From an uncultured virus (IMG/VR IMGVR_UViG_3300042860_003432) (Duplodnaviria; Heunggongvirae; Uroviricota; Caudoviricetes), in IMG/VR virus record IMGVR_UViG_3300042860_003432: 64,000 bases of DNA; one strand, written 5' to 3'. The notes below the pieces were generated by a model. The model worked only from the letters and a program-made list of their open reading frames with translations, made no database searches and had not been told where the DNA came from. This document shows, in pieces, positions 1 to 10,251 of this stretch; positions within the stretch are counted from its first letter, which is position 1; each line of letters starts with the position of its first letter. Both the position numbers and the translations under genes were made by a program.

Positions 1-164
1 CCTTGTTTATTGGTAAGCATCATTTTACAAAATGCGCGCTCAACGTCTGTTCCATTGAACAGCTTATCCATATAAATTTGAGCTAGTAATTCTTCACATC
101 TTTTTTCCGCTTCTGTTTTTATAACAGACTCAAAATTTGAATCATCGTTGGCATTTTTCGTCAT
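1..164 (-). CDS. hypothetical protein, partial (runs off window start)
   Basis: ATG at 164 overlaps the stop of the 161..439 ORF (ATGA); frame MTKNANDDSNF... is open to position 1. Confidence 0.55.
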   Translation of the reverse strand, partial: MTKNANDDSNFESVIKTEAEKRCEELLAQIYMDKLFNGTDVERAFCKMMLTNKQ

Positions 165-439
165 GTTTTTATTTGCTTCTCCAAATATTTTTTTAGTTTG
201 AGCATGCTATTTTTGCTCAAAATAACTTCATCGCCATATGGTCTGCCGTATTTAATAATATGCCAAATACACTTTAGACGATATTTCCAAGGTGTATCTG
301 AAGCATATCCTCGTTGCCAAAATGAAACATACCACACGCCAAGTTCATCATCATCTCTCTCAAAATGAAGTTCGTGTGTATGACAATCGCAAGTGATGTG
401 TAGTTCGTTTTCTTTATTCATTTCAGGCAGTCGTTTCAT
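161..439 (-). CDS. hypothetical phage protein
   Basis: 92-aa ORF coupled to neighbours; CxCH motif. Confidence 0.6.
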   Translation of the reverse strand: MKRLPEMNKENELHITCDCHTHELHFERDDDELGVWYVSFWQRGYASDTPWKYRLKCIWHIIKYGRPYGDEVILSKNSMLKLKKYLEKQIKT

Positions 440-773
440 CTTCTTCGTCTTTTTCTTGACGAATAAAGAGCATATATTCTTTTTCGTCCTTGATTTTGTC
501 GAACTTCATTCCGTTGTAGCCAAAACTTTCAGTCAATGAAGTAAGTTCATGATCGCGTGGAACAATCTCGTATGCCGATCCTTGACCCGGTCGGGGAGCA
601 TTATCATCATAATCTTCATCCACACTCAATTTGTTTGAGTTTTCATATGCCCACTTGGCGATTTCTTCTCCAGTTTTGCCCTGTAGCTCTGGGAAGTTTT
701 CCAAATCAATAACATAATCGTCAAATCCACAATATGTGACAAATGACTCAGCATACATTAGACGCATTTTCAT
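423..773 (-). CDS. hypothetical protein, paralog of 775..1152
   Basis: Start reassigned to ATG at 773 (MKMRLMYAESF...); N-terminus aligns with the neighbouring ORF. Confidence 0.7.
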   Translation of the reverse strand: MKMRLMYAESFVTYCGFDDYVIDLENFPELQGKTGEEIAKWAYENSNKLSVDEDYDDNAPRPGQGSAYEIVPRDHELTSLTESFGYNGMKFDKIKDEKEYMLFIRQEKDEEDETTA

Positions 774-774
774 A

Positions 775-1152
775 TTATTTCTCTTCGTCCTCATCCTCGT
801 CTTCGTCAAGTTCTTCATCTTCATCTTCATCAGACTCTTCGTCTTCGTCGTCATCCTCGTCATCGTCACCAAGATACTCAAACCAGTTTTCGCTGTCTGT
901 GGTCTTCTCACTCTGAATGCCACCTTCGGTCAATGTGTCAGCAAGAATAGCAAGATTGCTGTCATATGGAACAATCTCCAGTTTTCCACCTTCGTATTTT
1001 ACAGACAAGTTTTCCGAGTTCTCGACCACCCACTGAGTCACATACTCATAGTCCAAGTTTTCCAGTTCTGGAAAATTATCTGTATCAATCGTGTATTTGT
1101 CGTATCGCAGAAAAGTCCGAAAGGACTCGCAGTATTGAACGTCCATTTTCAT
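775..1152 (-). CDS. hypothetical protein with acidic C-terminal tail
   Basis: 125-aa ORF with a D/E-rich tail; TTGACA-N16-TAGCGT promoter upstream. Confidence 0.7.
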   Translation of the reverse strand: MKMDVQYCESFRTFLRYDKYTIDTDNFPELENLDYEYVTQWVVENSENLSVKYEGGKLEIVPYDSNLAILADTLTEGGIQSEKTTDSENWFEYLGDDDEDDDEDEESDEDEDEELDEDEDEDEEK

Positions 1153-1228
1153 AAATTTTTATGTATTCTGTATATACGCTACACATTTTTTATGGTTTGT
1201 CAAACACTTTGTTACTATTTATAATATT

Positions 1229-1882
1229 ATGGAAAATGTATCTTGGATAATGGATTCTATCAAAACTGGCGCTCCAGCACTTGTTGGATTTCTCGTCAAA
1301 TACCTATGGGATTATTACAATAGCAGAAAGCAGTTGAAGCAGGAAAGAATACGCAAACTTGAAGATTTGAAGAGTATGCTTGAAGAAAGTAAGAATCTTT
1401 TTGTGATGCAGAACAAGTTGCTTCGTAGATTGTCAAATGAAGTATGCGAACGTATAAAATGCGACGCCACATACAATACAAGAGGATATGAGCATTTTCT
1501 TTCTCAAAATTATGATAATATGACCGATGTTGAAAGAGATACTCACTCAGTCATACGTGGCACAACCACCAACTCTATCAATATTGTAAATCAAGAGTTG
1601 GAGAAATGGATACAAGCGGACAGAGAGTTCAAGATAAATAGCGTAAAGGAATTACGCACTATTGATTTTGGCAGTGAGTTTGCCAAACAACTAAATCAAC
1701 TTGAACTACATCTAAACTTATGGCGAGACAAGTATAATGTATGGATGAACAACGAAAAACATTGTGTTGTATATCTTGATGATGAAATAGAACACGGTGT
1801 TGGTTTTCCAAAAGGCATAGAAGATATGGTAAATAAGGCATTATCTATACTAAGCAGTAAAGCCAAGTATAGTATCAAGTAA
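1229..1882 (+). CDS. hypothetical protein with N-terminal hydrophobic segment and coiled coil
   Basis: 217-aa ORF; TATTTATA motif just upstream. Confidence 0.7.
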   Translation: MENVSWIMDSIKTGAPALVGFLVKYLWDYYNSRKQLKQERIRKLEDLKSMLEESKNLFVMQNKLLRRLSNEVCERIKCDATYNTRGYEHFLSQNYDNMTDVERDTHSVIRGTTTNSINIVNQELEKWIQADREFKINSVKELRTIDFGSEFAKQLNQLELHLNLWRDKYNVWMNNEKHCVVYLDDEIEHGVGFPKGIEDMVNKALSILSSKAKYSIK

Positions 1883-2738
1883 GATTATTCATCTCACTCT
1901 CGTTGATTGATATAGTACCAGCGTCTCTTAGATTTACGTGATGCATACTATCGTATATCTCAACGACGCCATTTTCAATAACCATATAGTGATTACTGTC
2001 TGTATCTAAAGCATAATTTACGCTGAGTGGGTTCTTGAACTTGCGTTTATAGTATTCTGTGATTGGGCCTTGATATATGCCGCCGCCTTTTTGCTGCACA
2101 AGTATATGCGGCACTCTATGTCTGCTATGTCCAACGATTTGATTTATATTCTTGATAGGAGAAAATGAATCCCAATCAACCCAGTTTATGCCACCGTATC
2201 TTTGCATACCACCTCTGTCCCATCCTGCACTAAACAGCATAGCATTTTCTCCATTTTTTGCTCGTTCTATGTCTTCGGCTACTGCTTCTGACAGCACTTC
2301 ATCTACAAACTCAAGTGAGTATTCTCTATCTGCATCCATAGCATCCGCCCACACTTGCCATATAGGCTTGGTCAATCCCGCGTGGCTAAAAAGAAAGTTT
2401 TGCTCAATATGATATACTTTGAATCTGCTTTTATCTTCGTCAGTAAGTATCTTGTTTATTTGAATGTTTTTGCTGGTAGAATATCCACTACAGCGAAAGT
2501 TGATATTGTCTTTGTAGATGTATGAAGTATCGTGATTGCCAGTTAGAGCAATAATTTTGTCATTATACAACACTTTATCACGCAGCCAATTGGCAGTGTC
2601 AATGGCCTCGTAATCACTATCACCCCACGCATCAAAATAGTCACCCAGTAAAATACACTTGTCGTGTTTTACATTTTCTATTAGGTGCTGTACCCTTCTG
2701 TATCTATGATGTATGTCACTAAGTACCAGTATTCTCAT
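1875..2738 (-). CDS. calcineurin-like metallophosphoesterase
   Basis: Motifs SDIH, GDYFD, GNHD, SHAG, GHS. Confidence 0.9.
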   Translation of the reverse strand: MRILVLSDIHHRYRRVQHLIENVKHDKCILLGDYFDAWGDSDYEAIDTANWLRDKVLYNDKIIALTGNHDTSYIYKDNINFRCSGYSTSKNIQINKILTDEDKSRFKVYHIEQNFLFSHAGLTKPIWQVWADAMDADREYSLEFVDEVLSEAVAEDIERAKNGENAMLFSAGWDRGGMQRYGGINWVDWDSFSPIKNINQIVGHSRHRVPHILVQQKGGGIYQGPITEYYKRKFKNPLSVNYALDTDSNHYMVIENGVVEIYDSMHHVNLRDAGTISINESEMNNLT

Positions 2739-2768
2739 AAAAACAATATAGGGGGTACCTAAATTTTG

Positions 2769-3137
2769 TCAAGAACGTTTCTTCTTTATATAATCGCTGT
2801 TTATGAAATCTTCTGGATTCATTGCTGCTTTCTTTTGATTGCAACTATGACAGCATACAGCAAAGTTAGATGGACTAAATGGGTCACCTCCACCTGACTT
2901 GGGCATATAATGATCTACCGTGGCTTGTTCTCCACGTTTGGTAGATTTCATCTTTAGATTTGTTTTACCGCAATAAGAACAAATCAAACAGCCCTTGATT
3001 TTTATTTCTTGTTTGAGAAAAGCGGCTCGGGCTCTATTCCATCGCTTACTCTCCATACTGGAATATACTTTGTTCAGTAATACCAGATGTGCATAACTTT
3101 TTATATGCACATCTTCCATATGGATAGTATGTTTCAT
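2769..3137 (-). CDS. HNH endonuclease
   Basis: CSYCG ... TVDHYMPKSGGG ... N ... CCHSCNQKK. Confidence 0.85.
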   Translation of the reverse strand: MKHTIHMEDVHIKSYAHLVLLNKVYSSMESKRWNRARAAFLKQEIKIKGCLICSYCGKTNLKMKSTKRGEQATVDHYMPKSGGGDPFSPSNFAVCCHSCNQKKAAMNPEDFINSDYIKKKRS

Positions 3138-3452
3138 TTACCCAACCCGTGACGTTGGACCAGCCCAACCATAACCTTCATCTCCTTTATCCATCTGGTC
3201 GCAAAGCAGTTGCTTCTTCTTAGGAGTGTTGTCAGGCTTGGTTGCTTCCCAAGTAATCTTGATGCTGTTCATATGCTTTTCTGGCATATACGCCACACGA
3301 ATACCATTTGTGGCAAACGTATGGGCAAAATCTTGCAGCGTCATTTTCTTCAGTTGTTCAATATCAAACTTGCCGCCAGATTCAACGATGGAATTTCCCA
3401 TCATATGATAAAAATCATCTTTACAAAGTTGTTTTCTAATATCGTTATTCAT
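3138..3452 (-). CDS. hypothetical protein
   Basis: ORF in the coupled run; start probably MNNDIRK at 3452. Confidence 0.55.
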   Translation of the reverse strand: MNNDIRKQLCKDDFYHMMGNSIVESGGKFDIEQLKKMTLQDFAHTFATNGIRVAYMPEKHMNSIKITWEATKPDNTPKKKQLLCDQMDKGDEGYGWAGPTSRVG

Positions 3453-3456
3453 AAAA

Positions 3457-4203
3457 TTATGCCCAGAAGAAGTTTCTGTTTTCAACAATCCATACAAGCC
3501 ACTTGGTGTCAAGTTCTTCTAGTTCTTTTTCAAGACGATTGACTTCACCATATGCTTCTTCATATGTAGCAGATGCGTTGATAGACATTTCCGCACTTGG
3601 ATATGATGCTTCTATCTTTTTTTCATATTCGCCGCGATCAAACTTGATATAATCATAACACTCTCTAAGTTCTTTCTCAAACTTGGCGTGAATCTCACTT
3701 GAGTTGATATAATCAACAGTCTCAAAGCAGTTTTCCTGCTCTACAAAATGTAGCACCATCGTAAAATTTACGTGTGGAATGAGCCATACTTTATCTGTCC
3801 AAGTATTTGGAATATCCTTGTTCAGCCAACGTTGTTTAGGAAACATAGTACATTCTATGTTTCTATAAAACCAATCGTGCATTCGACGATACGTAAAGCG
3901 AACAAGTATCTTGTTTCGTATAAAATACTGAACTGGATACTTCTTTCGTAGATACTTGTTTACTTCGCTGTCGCTGCGAAAAAGTTCTCTAACATCGCTG
4001 GTATGCGGCTTTAGATACCAGAAATACCATAGATGTCTATCCTTATATGGCAACTTCTTGTAATCTTCCAATGTGTCGCAACATACATATTCGTATAGTA
4101 TATCGTCCATACTCTCTAGAACATTTACAATCTTGTCCTTTAGCGTAGGCTTGTATTCGCCGTCTGGCATTTTGATTGCCTGCATTCTTTGTTGAAAACT
4201 CAT
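3457..4203 (-). CDS. hypothetical protein
   Basis: 248-aa ORF overlapping the upstream stop (ATGA). Confidence 0.7.
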   Translation of the reverse strand: MSFQQRMQAIKMPDGEYKPTLKDKIVNVLESMDDILYEYVCCDTLEDYKKLPYKDRHLWYFWYLKPHTSDVRELFRSDSEVNKYLRKKYPVQYFIRNKILVRFTYRRMHDWFYRNIECTMFPKQRWLNKDIPNTWTDKVWLIPHVNFTMVLHFVEQENCFETVDYINSSEIHAKFEKELRECYDYIKFDRGEYEKKIEASYPSAEMSINASATYEEAYGEVNRLEKELEELDTKWLVWIVENRNFFWA

Positions 4204-5048
4204 AAGTCATTTACTTTGTGCGGGTTGATAAACTTGACGCCGCTGTATTTGTTGTTCTCTACAAGATTGTTATAGTTGTAGCGACCAGACAAATGAGCAG
4301 CAATCATATTTTTAGCACGAATACCTTGGCAGAAATTATATGCTTCGTCAAGAGTAAAATGCGTAGGATCATCTCTATCTTTAGCATCAAGAAAAGTACA
4401 ATCCATTATAATATCCTTCACATCCATCAATTCGGTAGTATCACCGATTTGATAAGCATCAAGGCAATAAGCAAACAGATTAGCACGATAAGTTTCGTTG
4501 AGTTTATCGCTGGTAACTCCTCTGCGAATAAAAGAAGGAATGTCCAATCCTTGATACTCTTTCTTTAGTCGAGTACGGTTCTCGTAAATGACATAACCAA
4601 GTGTGCTTTTGTTCTTTTGATGCTTCATATCAACCGCACGCAAAAACTGCTTGTTGCCAAGATCAAGTTCAAATCCAGATGAAATAGGCACAAACTTCAG
4701 ATCATAACGCAACCAGTTGCCAGCACGAAGTTTGCAAAACTGAATAAGGTCGTTCATCAAATAGTTGTCTTCTGGATAATATACCGTAAGAGGTTTGTTA
4801 TTATCCATTGTATCAACATTGCGACTCATACCTCTGCCAGCATTTCGGCAACCAATAATACTTGGCAATCCAAGAGTATGATCACCGTGATCGTGGGAAA
4901 TGAAAATCTTATCAATACCAGCAAGAAAGTTGCCAATGCTTGTAGCAGCACCCTCGCCGCAATCAAACATAAGATTGCGAGTTTTGTCGTGACACCAGTT
5001 GCTATATAGTGCCTTGCTAAAAACAGAAATGTTGAGACCGTTATTCAC
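4200..5048 (-). CDS. MBL-fold metallo-hydrolase, RNase Z/BN-like
   Basis: FDCGEG, ISHDHGDHTLGL (HxHxDH), MKH...GY, DCTFL, AHLSGRY motifs typical of the tRNase Z family. Confidence 0.8.
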   Translation of the reverse strand: MNNGLNISVFSKALYSNWCHDKTRNLMFDCGEGAATSIGNFLAGIDKIFISHDHGDHTLGLPSIIGCRNAGRGMSRNVDTMDNNKPLTVYYPEDNYLMNDLIQFCKLRAGNWLRYDLKFVPISSGFELDLGNKQFLRAVDMKHQKNKSTLGYVIYENRTRLKKEYQGLDIPSFIRRGVTSDKLNETYRANLFAYCLDAYQIGDTTELMDVKDIIMDCTFLDAKDRDDPTHFTLDEAYNFCQGIRAKNMIAAHLSGRYNYNNLVENNKYSGVKFINPHKVNDL

Positions 5049-5080
5049 AGCCTATACATTGATCTAGTTTTTATAGAATG

Positions 5081-5797
5081 TCAAGAGATTTTCGCAACTT
5101 CTACGCAAGATAATCTAACTCTATTATTATAAAACGGAAAATACACATAGAAATTATCAGGTAATGAAATTCCACTTGCCCAAGGAACGGTTCCACTTCC
5201 AGATGGCAATGATGCCCAACCTGTATCATCTGTTACCAATTTTGAATGCAAGTCGTTCAAAGAGGTACCGGCTGAAGCAGTTAATTTTTTATATGAAATT
5301 GCCACGTTTTGGGAAGCAGACCCAGAATTTTGCAAAACAAGTTTTAACCCGTAAAATGCTGTATTTGTTGTTGCGTTATTGGTCTCTATGGAAGTTGTTG
5401 TTCCGGTGCCGGATGTTGGTGCGTATATGCCAGCGGAACCAGATGATGCACCGGCAAACATATGAGTTACACTTGATACGGTTTGACCGGCTCGCGCTGT
5501 GCTTGCCATACTAGACGTAGTCACGGTCATAGCACCTATAAAATTGGTACCGCTTGTTCCAGGAAAATCGCTTCCATCGGACTTAAGTCCAAAATAAATT
5601 CTATCAGAATTTGACAGCACGCTGACAGTTTCGAACGTAACGGATCCACTGTCTCCAGTCTCACTCGTGTAATTGAATAGCATACCTACTCTAACTTGAT
5701 TCCACGTTCCTAAGTTTAAAGGACGAACGAAAGATTCTCTTACTCCCAACAAAAGTAAATTTTCGGTATTTGAAGATTGATATATTATTTTTGCCAT
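5081..5797 (-). CDS. Ser/Thr/Gly-rich hypothetical protein, probably virion structural
   Basis: 238 aa, beta-rich S/T/G composition. Confidence 0.55.
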   Translation of the reverse strand: MAKIIYQSSNTENLLLLGVRESFVRPLNLGTWNQVRVGMLFNYTSETGDSGSVTFETVSVLSNSDRIYFGLKSDGSDFPGTSGTNFIGAMTVTTSSMASTARAGQTVSSVTHMFAGASSGSAGIYAPTSGTGTTTSIETNNATTNTAFYGLKLVLQNSGSASQNVAISYKKLTASAGTSLNDLHSKLVTDDTGWASLPSGSGTVPWASGISLPDNFYVYFPFYNNRVRLSCVEVAKIS

Positions 5798-5815
5798 ATA
5801 TGTCCTTAATCGTTG

Positions 5816-6670
5816 TTAAAATATTGATCCGCTGTCTCTCCATATTCCACTACCGCTTGTCAGCGTTGTTATGGTTCCAACCGAATACGACTCAAAATTA
5901 TCGCTTCCGGTTGGATAAAATGACGCAGTAATAACCCCATCGCCTCCCCATATTCCACTTCCGCTAGATAACAACGTAATATCTCCCAGAGAATATTCTT
6001 CAAAATCGTCCGATGCTGTTGTATCAACGGTAGTGCTACTAGGTGTTACAGTGGATGTCAGTGTAGGAGTTGGAGAGGGTGTGGTGCTTATTGAGAGAGT
6101 CACAGATGGCGTCACCGTTGGCGTCGGCGTTGTTGTTGCCGTTACTGTTGGAGTTACGGTAGAGGTTAGTGTCGGAGTCACAGATGGCGTCACCGTTGGC
6201 GTCGGCGTTGTTGTTGCCGTTACTGTTGGCGTTACGGTAGAGGTTAGCGTCGGGGTTGGAGAAGGGGTAGTGCTTATTGAAGGAGTGATAGATGGTGTTA
6301 TACTAGGGGTCGGTGTTACGGTGGGCGTTGGAGTTGGAGACCTACCTATCAATTCTTCCGTTTTCAACGATTTATACGCCAAAAACTTCCAACCTACTGC
6401 GTTATTTCCCTCGCCCTGCTTTATCCATAGTTCATATGGTTCTGAAAATACGATATCGTTATTTTGTATAGTAGGAAACCAAGTTTCATTTTGATATGCC
6501 AAAGCAAAACTACGTTTTCTTACGTCTATTTTTTGCCTATCACTACCTCGTATAAGATAAAATCTATCATTACCTTCACGATAAAAGTATGTACCAGGAA
6601 AAGCAGAAATAACTTTTTCTGGATTGGCAAAATCTAACTCAACTTGTAACGTCAAAGGCAAAAATCTCAT
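5816..6670 (-). CDS. protein with mucin-like Pro/Thr/Ser linker and duplicated C-terminal motif, probably virion-associated
   Basis: ~100-aa PTPTVTPS repeats; SDxFExYSxGxITxLxSGSGIW occurs twice; ATATTTATT upstream. Confidence 0.7.
   Translation of the reverse strand: MRFLPLTLQVELDFANPEKVISAFPGTYFYREGNDRFYLIRGSDRQKIDVRKRSFALAYQNETWFPTIQNNDIVFSEPYELWIKQGEGNNAVGWKFLAYKSLKTEELIGRSPTPTPTVTPTPSITPSITPSISTTPSPTPTLTSTVTPTVTATTTPTPTVTPSVTPTLTSTVTPTVTATTTPTPTVTPSVTLSISTTPSPTPTLTSTVTPSSTTVDTTASDDFEEYSLGDITLLSSGSGIWGGDGVITASFYPTGSDNFESYSVGTITTLTSGSGIWRDSGSIF
6097..6247. repeat. near-perfect 78-bp-period tandem duplication inside the Pro/Thr linker
   Basis: gagtcacagatggcgtcaccgttggcgtcggcgttgttgttgccgttactgttgg starts at 6097 and again at 6175. 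Confidence 0.9.
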
Positions 6671-6711
6671 ATATAATAAATATTAGATTGTTACACCTTT
6701 GAGTTATTATA

Positions 6712-7017
6712 TTATTGCTGTGAAGGCGTGGTCAAGTTCTCTATTTCTTTTATGACCTCGTTGAGTACCTTTTTGCGACTATTGATGACAGCGTCGTATT
6801 TCTTCATCTTCTTCAACTTTACGCCAAGTATCTTATCAAACTTATCTTTTTGCTTTTTATAAACCTGAAAAATCTTGTCTTTTTCGGTATTATAATCAGA
6901 TATTTCTTCTTCTACCTTCTTCTTCCACTCATTGAGCAAATACATCTTCTTTTCATCAGTTATTTGATCGTTTGGCGTCGCCTTGATTTCGTCTTGTATA
7001 ACATTTTCTGTGCTCAT
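6712..7017 (-). CDS. hypothetical coiled-coil protein
   Basis: 101-aa K/E-rich ORF. Confidence 0.6.
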   Translation of the reverse strand: MSTENVIQDEIKATPNDQITDEKKMYLLNEWKKKVEEEISDYNTEKDKIFQVYKKQKDKFDKILGVKLKKMKKYDAVINSRKKVLNEVIKEIENLTTPSQQ

Positions 7018-7640
7018 GGTTGGTTTTCGTTTTGAACTTGTATCTTGATGTCGTTTAATTCTTCTTCAGATAGTTGTATGTTTTCTGGCGATATTTCATT
7101 TGGCTGCGGCGTTCCATCTTCTTCGCCATCTTCAACTGCTGTATCAAGTTCTTTTATCTTAAATGTCTTTTTACAACCAAACGGATTATTTACATATAAA
7201 AAGTAGCAGTTATAGCACAATAGTTCAAGATTGTCTCGCAGTTTGTTTTTTCTGTTGCCGTCTATATAGTTCAGCAATAATGGCGTGGCATTATCTATTC
7301 TGCGTGTATCAAAATTACACTTATTACATTTTTCTTCTATGCGATTAGAACGTATTAATCTTACTTTGAGCCTGTTTGTGCTATAGTTTGGATGTTTGTT
7401 GGCTAATATTTGAGCAAGTGGATACTTTCCGCTGTCTTCATTTTTGATGGCTTTGCTTATTCCTTTACCAGCCATATTGGCAACTCTGCCATATACTCCA
7501 TACATTTTGGCATATTTTCTATATGTCATGAACGAAACGCCCAACTTGCGGGCACATTCGGCTTCTGTCTTGCTTATGCTTTGTGCCGCAAGAACTTCGC
7601 TTTCAAGCAGCATTTTTCTTGGTCTTCCTTTTATTAGCAT
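7014..7640 (-). CDS. HTH plus degenerate HNH-like (homing endonuclease-type) protein
   Basis: ECARKLGVSF HTH; CNKC ... IDGNRKNKLRDNLELLCYNC, with the catalytic His positions apparently altered. Confidence 0.6.
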   Translation of the reverse strand: MLIKGRPRKMLLESEVLAAQSISKTEAECARKLGVSFMTYRKYAKMYGVYGRVANMAGKGISKAIKNEDSGKYPLAQILANKHPNYSTNRLKVRLIRSNRIEEKCNKCNFDTRRIDNATPLLLNYIDGNRKNKLRDNLELLCYNCYFLYVNNPFGCKKTFKIKELDTAVEDGEEDGTPQPNEISPENIQLSEEELNDIKIQVQNENQP

Positions 7641-7643
7641 ATA

Positions 7644-7922
7644 TTATACAACCTTTTTATTGTTTGCTTTTGAAATGATAGTATCTGTTGGATTTACTAC
7701 AGCGACAAAGTCGCCAAGGTGTTTTTTATTTACAAGAAAACTTTCATTCTTTGTCCATATGAAAATATAGTTGTCTTGTTCGTGATAGCAGCATTGCTTG
7801 AATACTTGTGTGCCTACATCCTTGATATGTAGATAAAGCGTTTCACTAAAGTCTTCTGGTGTTATATGACTTCCCCAATCTGATTGTAGTTGTAACGCTT
7901 GTTTTTTTGTCATTTGTCCCAC
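7644..7922 (-). CDS. hypothetical protein
   Basis: ORF track, coupled gene run. Confidence 0.55.
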   Translation of the reverse strand: MGQMTKKQALQLQSDWGSHITPEDFSETLYLHIKDVGTQVFKQCCYHEQDNYIFIWTKNESFLVNKKHLGDFVAVVNPTDTIISKANNKKVV

Positions 7923-8269
7923 TCCGACATTCCCATATCATCAACAGCCAAATCGTTTCCGGTTTGTGCCTTGTAGTTTTTTCGCAAATCTTGTGCCAAT
8001 GAGTATTGAGCCGCATTGTTTAGACACAGATAGGCATTCACAAACTTTTCCGTCTTTGCTTTCTTGCTTTTTCTAATTACAAGCATGGCACCAATATTGA
8101 AATTGTCTGTCTTCTCCATTTCTTGTTCAATGGCTCGTGTGCCCGCTTCGATGATTTGAACTTCTTCTGTATCAAATGCATTAGTATCCAATGATACTGT
8201 TTGTACCCAGTCCGGGCCTTCAACATAGTATGTTACATTCTTTGTTTTAGAACTCATTTCATTATTCAT
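7910..8269 (-). CDS. hypothetical protein
   Basis: ORF with ATATTTATA immediately upstream. Confidence 0.6.
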   Translation of the reverse strand: MNNEMSSKTKNVTYYVEGPDWVQTVSLDTNAFDTEEVQIIEAGTRAIEQEMEKTDNFNIGAMLVIRKSKKAKTEKFVNAYLCLNNAAQYSLAQDLRKNYKAQTGNDLAVDDMGMSEWDK

Positions 8270-8278
8270 ATATAAATA

Positions 8279-9958
8279 TCAGTTAAAATCTGTTCCTATT
8301 GAAACATCGCCATCATTTATTGTGTCGAGTGCTTGTAGTTTTATTTTTACTTTTTCGCATACTTCTTCTTCGACGGTGTTGGCAACAAACACTATTTTTT
8401 GTAGTGCCTTTGTCTTACCACCTTCACGCCATACTCTACCAAGTGCCTGGCGTAAGTCAACAGCAGAAGGTGTTGGAGACAATAAAGCTATTCTTGGATA
8501 GTTTCCATTTAGATCGTGCAGAGATAAGCCAGCACCGCCAGCCTTTACATTGATTATAATAACTCTTTTTTTATCTGCTTGGAAGTCGGCAATGTTTCTA
8601 TCACGCTCTTCGCCCTTGTTTTCTCCCCATACAACGCAGTTTGTATCCAATCTCTTGCTAAGTGCTCGCACAGTTTCGCTGAAGTTTACAAATATTGCCA
8701 CACTCATGCCATCTTCTATCGCATCCTCTGCCATTTCAACAAACAACGGAACCTTGATAAGTTCTGCCTGCTGTCTGGCACGCAGCATTATTGTCATAGC
8801 ATTTAGTTTATATTCTTTGGTATTCTTACATACAGCCTTTAGATATGCGAGTTCTTTGTCCATTTCCTCGTATATCTTCTTTAGTTCTTTCTCTGATTGT
8901 TCATCTATGTTATATGCTTCAGCAAGCACATCGCAGTCGGGAAATCCTTTGATGTCTTCACGGCGTATTCTTACGCCACGTTCCAAAAACAAATCAGCGT
9001 GTAGTTTTCTCAATACATCCTTGTCTCCATTGAACTCCCAACCAAATCTACCTTTTTCACAACCGTGTTCACGCAAAAATGTTGTCCATTTGCCGTTCTT
9101 GTATATTCCTGTAATAAGTCCTACAGTTTTTAGTTCTATAGGATTGATGGCATTAGTGGCACTACAACATAGTATCTTATATCCTTGCTTGTATGCTGCA
9201 ATAGCAATTTCGGAGTTGATAGTGCCGTGTCCTTTTAGACGATGACTTTCATCAAATATGATAAGAGTATTCTTGGCTATGTTCCATTGAAAATACTCTC
9301 GGTTGCTTGTGCGGCTGACTGGCTTCCAACAACCAATCTCCTTATATTTCCCCGTCTTTACCGACTCATAGTTGAGTATAAACTCTGGCTTCAATCCATA
9401 ATGCTTGGTAATAACTTTTTGCCACGAAGATATAACTGCCTTGGGACATACCACTGCGATTTTCATACCAAGCTCTCTTGCCACAGCAACCGCAGCATAT
9501 GTTTTTCCTGCACCAGTATCACTGCCATCAAGTGCTGCTCCGTGAACCTTGATCGCCGCACACAACTTGCCTACGATGGGAACTTGAAACTCTCTTAGCC
9601 CCGTCGTCTGCTTAACCTGATAATCTTCAAGATTGCTCTGTGTAGGAATATCAACCTTCTTAGCAGGATTATCTTGCCCAAAATCTTGCCGAAAATCTGA
9701 CTTATAAGTCTGCCATTCATATAATGCCCATTGATTGAGTTTGTTTTTTCCGATGCTATATCCCTGTGCCTTCAACTTTACTTTATTATTGTTCCAAAAT
9801 ACAAAAAACCCCTCAAGATAATCTTGAGGTATAACCCACCAGCGAACCCACTTTTGACCATACTTAGTGTATGTCTTGTTGGGTTCTGACCAGTTGATGA
9901 ATAGTTTTTTGTCAGTTCCCATGAACGTCTTTGCTGCGAATAAATCTGTCCGCTTCAA
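8279..9958 (-). CDS. superfamily 2 (SNF2-like) helicase
   Basis: DTGAGKT, DESH, SAT, GGAGLSL, QALGRVWR motifs; exact start uncertain. Confidence 0.9.
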   Translation of the reverse strand: MKRTDLFAAKTFMGTDKKLFINWSEPNKTYTKYGQKWVRWWVIPQDYLEGFFVFWNNNKVKLKAQGYSIGKNKLNQWALYEWQTYKSDFRQDFGQDNPAKKVDIPTQSNLEDYQVKQTTGLREFQVPIVGKLCAAIKVHGAALDGSDTGAGKTYAAVAVARELGMKIAVVCPKAVISSWQKVITKHYGLKPEFILNYESVKTGKYKEIGCWKPVSRTSNREYFQWNIAKNTLIIFDESHRLKGHGTINSEIAIAAYKQGYKILCCSATNAINPIELKTVGLITGIYKNGKWTTFLREHGCEKGRFGWEFNGDKDVLRKLHADLFLERGVRIRREDIKGFPDCDVLAEAYNIDEQSEKELKKIYEEMDKELAYLKAVCKNTKEYKLNAMTIMLRARQQAELIKVPLFVEMAEDAIEDGMSVAIFVNFSETVRALSKRLDTNCVVWGENKGEERDRNIADFQADKKRVIIINVKAGGAGLSLHDLNGNYPRIALLSPTPSAVDLRQALGRVWREGGKTKALQKIVFVANTVEEEVCEKVKIKLQALDTINDGDVSIGTDFN

Positions 9959-10229
9959 AGATATTGCATTTTACAGGACTAGAGTCCTTACGAATAACGC
10001 CAATATTGAAATATTGTTCCATCATTTCGTAAAATGCTCTGCCAGTAGGTTCGTCGGCAGAATGACCAACACTTTCAGCATTGTTCATATATTGAGCACG
10101 AGTGTGCTTAAACTGACGCTGACACATTACTTCCAAATGCTTAATAACGCCAGGTATGCTTTCAAATAGCATTACTGGATTTTTACCGTTTTGTTTGACG
10201 GTACTATCTACGATATAATATTTTGACAT
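9912..10229 (-). CDS. hypothetical protein
   Basis: 105-aa ORF. Confidence 0.6.
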   Translation of the reverse strand: MSKYYIVDSTVKQNGKNPVMLFESIPGVIKHLEVMCQRQFKHTRAQYMNNAESVGHSADEPTGRAFYEMMEQYFNIGVIRKDSSPVKCNIFEADRFIRSKDVHGN

Positions 10230-10251
10230 ATGACCTTTGTATAAGTTGTTT

